DNA from: Ascidiella aspersa
Taxonomy: Eukaryota
Assembly (NCBI GenBank): GCA_963924565.1
Contig: OZ004614.1
Span: 18,414,001 to 18,478,000 of the forward strand
Direction of reading: 5' to 3'
Length of the DNA: 64,000 nucleotides
The notes beneath the pieces were generated by a model. That model saw only the letters and a list, made by a program, of their open reading frames with translations, did no database searches and had not been told where the DNA came from. Position 1 is the first letter of the stretch, and every line of letters starts with the position of its first letter. The position numbers and the translations under genes are program-made. Positions 55,680 to 64,000 of the stretch are shown in pieces.

Positions 55680-56057
55680 TTAAACTTTCTTTGAGGTCTT
55701 CTTGGGAAGAAGCACGGCCTGGATATTGGGCAGCACACCTCCCTGAGCGATGGTTACACCGCCGAGCAGCTTGTTGAGCTCCTTGTCGTTGCGAATGGCC
55801 AACTGCAAGTGACGGGGGATGATTCTGGTCTTCTTGTTGTCACGGGCTGCGTTGCCAGCCAACTCGAGCACTTCGGCGCTCAGGTACTCGAGCACGGCTG
55901 CCAGGTACACGGGGGCACCGGCACCAACACGCTCCGAGTAGTTGCCGTTGCGCATCAGTCTGTGCACACGACCGACTGGGAACTGCAGGCCAGCTCTCGA
56001 GGAACGGCTCTTCGGCTTTGGCTTTGCTTTACCACCACCTTTACCACGTCCAGACAT
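55680..56057 (-). CDS. H2A: Histone H2A, replication-dependent (intact ORF, promoter displaced, possibly pseudogenising)
   Basis: 125 aa, MSGRGKG...[12 protein letters not shown]...[20 protein letters not shown]; intronless; stem-loop downstream. Confidence 0.97.
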   Translation of the reverse strand: MSGRGKGGGKAKPKPKSRSSRAGLQFPVGRVHRLMRNGNYSERVGAGAPVYLAAVLEYLSAEVLELAGNAARDNKKTRIIPRHLQLAIRNDKELNKLLGGVTIAQGGVLPNIQAVLLPKKTSKKV

Positions 56058-56062
56058 TTTTT

Positions 56063-59000
56063 GCGATTATGTTTGTTTATTCGCGTCATTAGGGGAGGCG
56101 AATAAAGGAGGAAAAGGACGAAAAACGGGCGAGGCGTACATTACACAACACGAGAATAAAAAAAAAGAAAAAGAAAGGTAATGGATAATAACAATGGAAG
56201 CGTTGGACAAAATGGGCGGCGGGGGTTAATATGTATGTATATTCGGAGAAAACGTTGCATTTTACGGAAAGGAAGGCGAGCAGAAAGTGGGCGGTAGAGA
56301 GCCCAAGCGAATGTTCCATAAAGTTGAGGTACAATTAAAGAGGGCGCGAGAAAAGGAATGGATATTTGAAAACAGTGCTAGGTCTCAACAAGGTATGCAG
56401 TGTGACGAGGTTACGGGGGAAAGGACAAGAAAAAGCTGCCGAAGGACGCAACTCACAACGTACCTATTAGGATAGCAAATTCCTGAGGTCTTGTATTGTT
56501 GACATGAATGTTGTGTCTAGCCTATTATGTTCAACGTTGAGTCGTTGTGTAATTCCTCTTTTTATTGCAGATATAATTGCTGGAACTGGCCGAATTTGTT
56601 TATGTTCGAACTTGATTTTATTTCTGGTTCTCCAGATGTGGTGCCGGGTGAGTGTATTGATGATGTATACTAGGTGCTCTGTGTATATTTCAATGGTGGC
56701 TGGGTATGTTGAGTCGTGTAGTAATCTCATCGGTAAGCGTGGTGGCAGTGTTGGTGAGTCGGTTGATTAGCTGTTCAATGTATTTCCACACTGGCGCCAG
56801 TGTGGAACATGTTGAAAAAATGTGGTGCGTGGTTTCTGGCCTACTTCCGCAGAAGAGGCACAAGGTAGCCGGGTCGAGAGATATGGAAGAGAATTTGGTG
56901 GATACGGGTAAGAGGTCAAATAAAGTTTATAAATTAAAATCTATAATTAAAGTTTTTGTCGCGTTAGAGAGGATTGGGTGGTGGGCGATATTCCAGAGGG
57001 TTGTCGGAGCAATGGGACCATCCCTCTGGCTAACGTCGGGGTTGGGGGAGACTAGGCCTAGATAGAGGGTACGGATTGAGCCATGAACGAGTTGGTCGAA
57101 GGAGAAAGAATATTTGTTAACCAAGTTTAAGGCGTGTTTGTAGAAGGGGCTGGGGGTAACGGCGTGGGGGGTGTGAGTTTCTTAGTCGTAACTTAAAAAG
57201 GTTTGAAAGTTGGAGTCCAATATTATACTCGATCATGGCCAATCCGGGTGTAGTTGGGGTATCGTTTTCTCTATGGCGGCAATAGAAGAAGATAGACTGC
57301 ATAAAGAAAAGATCGCAGTAGACGGGAATGTTTGCTACCTTGTATCCCCCCCTGTCGAACGGAAGGGCCAGTTGTTGTATTGGAAGGTGCAATCTACTGT
57401 TCCCAGTTATGAAGTTACCGACCGCGTCATCTACCCGTTGCCGCAACGACTCGGGGAGTGGATAAACCGTGGCTGTATAGGATATTAATGGCATGTTCGG
57501 CCCAGTTCGCCGTGACGCTCGGCCCAGACCCGATCACGGTCCCGAGTAAACTCAGGTGCGATCGAGTCCATCCGATGGGGGGGAGGGGGCCCTGAGCGCT
57601 TCGGGTGTAGAGGCCTTTGGTCTTGGAGTAATTCAGAGTTAAACCCGAAGCGTCTCTAAAACGATCGAATTTTTGGAACGCCAATGTCACGGAGTATGGG
57701 TGGCAAAGGGTCAGGGTTGTGTCATCGGCATAACTGGGACACTTGATGCAGTGTCGACCAGGTATGCCGATGCCGCTGACCGACGAGTCGGCCTGAAGGG
57801 CCAGTGAGAAAGGCGTTGCGGCAATCAGGAAGAGGAACAAGCTAAGGATCACCTTGTCTTATTCCCCTTCCAATTGCAAATGGCGCAGTCGGGAACCCGT
57901 TAACGAGAACAGTAGATTGTGCGTCTGTGTTTATGCTGCGTATTAATCTGATAAAGTGTTCAGGAAAACCCATTTTAGTCATAACACAATAAAGCCATGC
58001 GTGGTCAACCGAGTCGAAGGCCTTCTTGAAGTCTAGGGAGATAAAGGAAGCATCCGTACCCCTCCCCAGCGCGTCATAGTAGAGATCCCTAAGGAGGGTG
58101 GTGGCATCCGATATACGCCGTTTTGGCGCTGCGAATTGGTGGGGATGGAGGAATCGCTCTAGGATCGCTTTTATCCTTTGGTGTAAATTTTTAGGTCGGT
58201 GTTGAGCAGGGAGATAGGGCGATAGTTTCCTAGGTCCGAGGGATCTTGTTTTTTGTGTAAAAGGGTGAGTGTGCCGAGTTTCATGTCCTCGGGGATTTGG
58301 CCTTGTTCGTGGATTCGGTTCATGACGTCAGTCAGATCCCGACCAATCAGCTCCCAGTACAGAGAATAAAAAACTCTGTGCTGATGCCGTCCGGGCCGGG
58401 GGACTTTCCCGACGCCATTTGCCGAATTGCGTTATGTACTTCCTGGCCCGTGATTGGTCGGGTCAGGGTGTCTGTCGTCTAAGGGGTCTAAGCTAGTAGG
58501 GACGTGCGCTAGAAAACTCCGCTGCGCCCCGGCGTTTGTGGGTTGAGTGCGGTACAAGTCCGTGTAAAAGCTGTGGGCGATGTTAAGCATCTCTACGTTG
58601 TTACTGGTTTTGTTTTGGCTTGTGCCTTGTTTAAGCTCGAGTATGGTTGTGTTCTTACGCTGTTCGGCAAACCGAGCAAAGAATGCCTTTGTGCCCCGGT
58701 CTCCCCAGTCAAAACCTTGGGCTTGGGATTTTAGAAGTTTGGCGCGGGCAGATTGCCGCTGAAGGGTGCAAAGTTGACGTTTAAGGGTTATGTAGGGGGT
58801 AAGTAGGGGGTTGGGTTGTTTGCCAGCGACCCCCAGAGTGCCGTGACGCCTTCCTGCAGTTGTACTTGGCGTTTGTTTCGCTCTACGGCTAGCAATTTGG
58901 AGTGCTTTATGTTAAGGTCTTTTATGCGTTGTTTTATATGCAGCCACCAGGAGGTTTTATCATCGAAAAGGGCGGGGTGGAGCGTGCTCCACATTTCCCA

Positions 59001-59247
59001 CCGCTTTTCGAGTTCCTCCCGGAAAGCTGCGTTGGCGTAGGTGCTAGTATTGTTTTTCCAGTACCCCTTACCCCTGCGGGATCCGGGGACTGTCTCGATT
59101 TGTAAGGTTACCATATCGTGGTCCGACTGGCAATTGGGCGTCGCATTTTCCGAAATTGGTTTTATGAGTGCCGTGATATAGAAACGATCTAAGCGGGACT
59201 GTGTGTTGTTAAGTCTACGTGTATAGAATGGCCTATCGCCGTACAAC
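56063..59247 (-). mobile_element. Family A copy A2 (3' two-thirds, frameshifted), 3' end abutting the H2A start codon
   Basis: Near-identical to 34476-34850 plus 35656-38553; ends GCGAATAAACAAACATAATCGC-AAAAA-ATGTCTGGACGT. Confidence 0.95.
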
Positions 59248-60387
59248 TCGACACCAACAACCTGGAGGGGATAGTCGAAAGAAAAGGAGGCTACACGGAC
59301 TTTACGTGCAAAACTGAACAGCAAGCTGAAGAGCAGACCCGAAGTCGATCTCGCAAGGCGCTATGAGAGCGAATACACCAGCGTGGAAATCTTGCACGTG
59401 CCACCTCGCTTCAACATCGGTACGCTTATGGCGTACATCCAGAAGAACCACGGCACTGCTCTAGAGGCCAGAAAGCTAAAGGACGCCATAGCCGGTCTCC
59501 CAGACGGGAGAATAAAAGCAGAGGTGCTCACCGAGCACCTGAAACGAAATCCCATCCCGGCAACCATCCGATGCGAAGGACTCACATTTCCAGTGAGGTA
59601 CTTACAACCACAGCAGTGCTTCCACTGCAGAGCCTTCGGCCACATCCGGGCAAATTGCCCGACACGCCAGCCCCCATCGCAGCGCACATCAGACGAGGAA
59701 CCCGACCCAACGGCAAACCTCGTAAACATGGCAGCGGACACCTCGTCAAAAGGCAAAGAGGAGACGCAACAAGTGAAAAAACCAGAAGTGGCAACATCGC
59801 CAAACGCAACAGCAACAACAATCTCCGGCAACTCAGCGGCAACCGACATCCAACAGCCAGAAGACGACTGCACCACCAAACGACAAAGAAGCAGCGGCAA
59901 CACCCCTCCCGAGAACGACCAAAAGCGACCAAAGGCCGGAGATGACAGGCTATACCTGCCACCGTACGAAAAGCCTTCTATCCACAACGAAGGGTGCGAT
60001 TACCTCATCTGCACCTGCACCGGTATGGTGGAATATCCAGAGGTGGTCGCACCGACCGTATGCGGTGAATGTTTGAAGCTCTACCGCATGTGCAATGGAT
60101 GCAATGAAAAGCACACGAGTGGTACCTCGAGAGCCAGAAGCTTTTCCCCAAGTGCAAGACCCCCATAATAGGCTTCCTCTCGCAAACCCTTCCGGGTTAA
60201 CAGGGGTGTGGCCTAGAGTGGGAATCCCGCAGAAAGTCAAATGCGCTATTTTTTGCCTAATTTGCATAATTTCGTTAATTTCAATTATTTTTTTATATTC
60301 ACATTTGTTTTCGTTTCGCCCGTTTTATTTCGTTCTTTTTCTCCCTTATTCGTTTTCTTTAATTGATGCGAATAAACCAACATACTC
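59248..60387 (+). mobile_element. Family B copy B3 (ORF1-only, 5' deleted)
   Basis: ORF 59383-60168 is homologous to B1; same 3' end GCGAATAAACCAACATACTC; no ORF2. Confidence 0.9.
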
Positions 60388-60417
60388 ATGGCTGCAAGCA
60401 AAGGAAAGGCTGTTAAG
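60388..60417 (+). pseudogene. Probable N-terminal codons of histone H2B (MAASKGKAVK), interrupted
   Basis: The ATG directly follows the B 3' end on the octamer side of the divergent unit. SKG-KAVK resembles the H2B tail motif KGSKKAV. Only 10 codons, so this is an inference. Confidence 0.5.
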
Positions 60418-63400
60418 TAATAGCTTTGTTGTACGTGAAGGAGTAGAAGCCGCAAGGCTCAGCAACTGGCTGACCTTGTTTCTAGTGTTGTTACAGCAAA
60501 CCTGTCTTACTGCTGCCATTTAGCTTTGAGGCATCGCTGAATACAAAGAGTAGCAGTTGCTTGGATTTATTTTCATCGCTCAGCACAACGGCTTGGATTT
60601 CATCGTTTCCGTTATATGGAAACATATCGCTTCATAAGGTAACAATTGTTTGTATATTTTTCATTCGCTGGGACCCCCCGTTCGAAGCTGGATAACAAGA
60701 ACCTGTAAAGACTTCGATATGAAGCGCTTAAACGTGGACCGAACAGGCAAGGTAACCATCCAGTTTGCCCCGCCCCAATCGAGACCACAGATTTACGAGC
60801 TCATGGAGCATCTCGGCTTTAACTACAAGCGCCACCTTGAAAGCTTCATACAAAAGCCGAACGGGAAAAACTATTTTGTGCTGCCACGACCAGCAGCAAG
60901 CTGTCGAATTAGCTGCCAAGCTAAATACATCGAACGTAGTTAAACGGGCCGTCCCCTACGAGGACTCAATTATCAAGGCAAGGTTTGTTACATACCAAAT
61001 CGTATTAGACCTGATACTGTCAGGGACTTTTTCTCTGCCTGCTGCCCCGTGCAGACTCGCCATTGACGCACCTGATTCAAGGCGCATTAATGCCGGGAAA
61101 CTCATCTTAGACTTAGACCGCCAGTCTGTAGAGCTAAAGGCAATACCCAAGGAAATAAAAATGGGCCATACCATTATCGGGGTCCATTACGATGGCCAAC
61201 CTGAATCATGCAGGTACTGCAAACAATCTGGCCACGTCTTAGAGACATGCCCCAAATTATTAAAGAAAAACCGCGATAACGAAGAACGAAAATTGTTAGA
61301 AACCAAAAGAGCAGAAGAGGAACGACAACTTGCGCAAAATAGGCAACAAATTGTCCTTGGGGAACCTCGGTCACATTCTTCCCGCAGAGACCAGCACCCC
61401 GGGAGGAAGACGAGTACCCAGGAGCGGAAGTCAACGCGCATCAACCCGCCTCCACTGGAGAGCTCTGCTGAAACAACAACTACTTCCAGCTCTGATGATC
61501 TGAGCACTGGCTCATCAACAGAGGAGGAGGAGCAACAGGAGGAACAGGAGAAGGAGGAGCAGCGGAAGGAGAAGGAGCAAGATAAGGAGGAGCAGGAGCA
61601 GCAGGATGAACACCACCATAACACACCGGACCCGGACTCGGAACGGGGCAAAGGTACTCAACCTGTTGGCGGCACCAAGAGACCCTTAGAGATCTCGCCG
61701 TCCGACACTAGTGGCACATCCAGAAAAATCCCCTACACCGACTTGGTGTGTCAGGCCTGCCATGGCAGCAGTACCAATTGGCCGCAACCTTTTATGCTCA
61801 GAATGTGGGGACGATTCCTTCGCACCCCTCAACTATAGTTGCCCCCCAGTTTTGATAACCCCCTCTTTTAAAAAAAAATGTCAAAATTTTAAAACCCCTT
61901 ATCAATAAACAAAATGGCGTCACATTTAAAAATCGCAACTTTTATTGTAAACGGTTTAACCAATGTAACTAAACGTAATGCTGTCTTCAACTATTTAAAA
62001 ACTTTAAGCGTCAACATTTTAGTTTTGCAGGAGACCCACTCGACACCCCAGGTTGAGTCAACCTGGGCTGCCGAGTGGGCTCCGGGTGTAGGTTGTTGTT
62101 TCAATTCTTGTCCCTCCGGAGGGTCTTCCTCCGGGGGTGTCGCCATTTTATTTCCTGCGTCCCCACTTACCCCTTTAGACATTTTCTCAGATCTCACCGG
62201 CAAAATTATATCCTGTAATATTAATACTCTAACCCATACCATACATTTAACCAATATATATGCCCCGTCCGGTAAAATCAATTACTTAGCCAACAACAAA
62301 TTTTTCGACAACCTTTACCCTTACGTAATCGCTCACCTCCATAAAGAAATAGCTAAAAAACTTAACGTAGAAAAATCCCGGAAAATAGCCCAGAAACATT
62401 CGGACCTTGCCAAATTACGGGAACAAATGAGTCCCCTTAACTACCCCCAAACCTTACTTTCCAAAAATTAAAACGTGAACTCAACCAATACTACCTGGAA
62501 AAATCGAAACAAGACCTTCTAAAGGCAAAGGTTGATAATATGGAAAATAAAAATATATCTAATAAAGCCCTTTACACCCGAGTATTGCCACAAAGGAAAA
62601 AACCCATATTAAAGAATTACTGGACGAATTTCACCTCCCACATACCACCCCCTCAGAACTCTGCCACCTAGCGGAAACTTTTACCAAAACTTGTACGACT
62701 CCCCCCCGATCCCCCAGACCCAATACGACCCCTTCATCCACAATCACACCCCAATTCCCGACCAACTTCACCACTCACTCACCCAACCATTCACCCAACA
62801 CGAAATTAGAAACATCATTAAGACCTTCCCCACCGGTAAAACCCCCGGGCCCGACGGTCTCAGCATCGAGTTTTACACGGAATGCTGGGACCTCATCGTG
62901 CCCTATCTCACCCTTGCCCTCAATCATGCTTACCTTGCCCCAATCCTCCCCGCCGATTTCACCCACGGAGCCATAAACCCTTATCCCCAAAACCCCCGCT
63001 GCCAACACCCTTGCCAACTATTGCCCCATTTCTCTTCTAAACACAGATCTCAAAATCCTAAACAAAATTTTACCGTATTAAACCGCATTTAAAACACTTT
63101 CTATCACCCTTACAACACGCACAACCCGGGAAAAATACATCAACTGCATCAACCCTCATCCGTGACCTCTACCACCATGCCACCCAGAACATCCCCCCTT
63201 CCTATTTTATATCCCTTGATTTTAAAAAAGCCTTCGATTCAATCACCCACCCCTGGCTCACCCACATCCTCACCACCCGCAACTTCCCCCCACCCTTCAT
63301 AAATTACATCCAAACCACCCAAACTTCAGCTACCTCCAAAATTTTAATAAATGGCTTCCCCACTAACCCGTGGCGATCAGAAGAGGTGTGAGGCAAGGCG

Positions 63401-64000
63401 ACCCGCTGAGTCTCACCCTTTTCCTGATCGCCCTCGACCCCTTCCTCTAAAACAGCCAGGACAACCCCTCCATTTCTCCCTCTCCCGCCCCTACCCGCAC
63501 CCCACCCAAACTCGTCGCATACGCGGACGATGTTAGCCCCCACTCCCTCCCCCCGCTATTCGACACCTTGGCCAAATTTACAACCGTATCCGGCTTGACC
63601 CTCAACCCCCTCAAAACGAAGGCTACCTATACCAAATCCCTCCCCATCCCCTCCATGATATACCTCAAATCGATTGGAACCCCCTATCCATATCCCCCTT
63701 AAATATACCCATAGGAGACCCCACAAACTTTAAAAACAAGATCTCACAAATTACACATCCGTTTCTAACCTTTGACTCCAAATCCATTCTCTCTAAGACC
63801 ATCCTTCTCCCCAATTTTACTCAACTGGCATCCGTTAACCCAGCCCCAAACCTTAAAAAAAAAAAAATAAAAAATCCCATTCCCCTCGACACCCTGGCGG
63901 CCAGTCGCCCCCATCCCCCTCTACCTCGACCTCTTCCTTACCCGCATAATAGGCCCCTACCTCAACCAACGCACCCTTGATTCCCCCGCTGATACCCAAA
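60418..64000 (+). mobile_element. Family C/D-type Tx1 element (5' UTR, frameshifted ORF1, degenerate ORF2), running off the window
   Basis: ORF1 ~60650-61838 (KDFDMKRLNV.., CRYCKQSGHVLETC); ORF2 from 61914 (MASHLKIATFIVNG, LQETH, GKTPGPDG, YADD). Preceded by AAGGCTGTTAA. Confidence 0.92.

Overview
Eukaryotic, AT-rich animal DNA, probably from an invertebrate; the species cannot be fixed from the sequence. It is almost entirely transposon-derived. The first ~34 kb is a graveyard of decayed hAT, PIF/Harbinger, MITE, Helitron-like, CR1/L2-type LINE and Ty3/Gypsy (CsRn1-like, Gmr1-like) fragments. From ~34.5 kb to the end lies a dense array of related L1/Tx1-clade non-LTR retrotransposons, labelled here families A to E. 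They are interleaved with remnants of a replication-dependent histone cluster: a complete H2A ORF with its 3' stem-loop, a truncated canonical H3, an orphan H2A/H2B-type divergent promoter (CCAAT, E2F, octamer, TATA) and a probable H2B N-terminus. The junctions suggest that each family inserts, in the sense orientation, at its own site in a histone gene. Family A sits just upstream of the H2A ATG, B just upstream of the putative H2B ATG, C/D at an AAGGCTGTYAA (K-A-V-K) site, and E at the H3 K4 codon. The best candidate for a new system is therefore a radiation of histone-gene-targeting Tx1 retrotransposons, including an ORF1-only non-autonomous family and conserved structured 3' RNA modules. 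All calls are by eye; no database searches were run, and element boundaries are approximate unless a TSD or junction is quoted.
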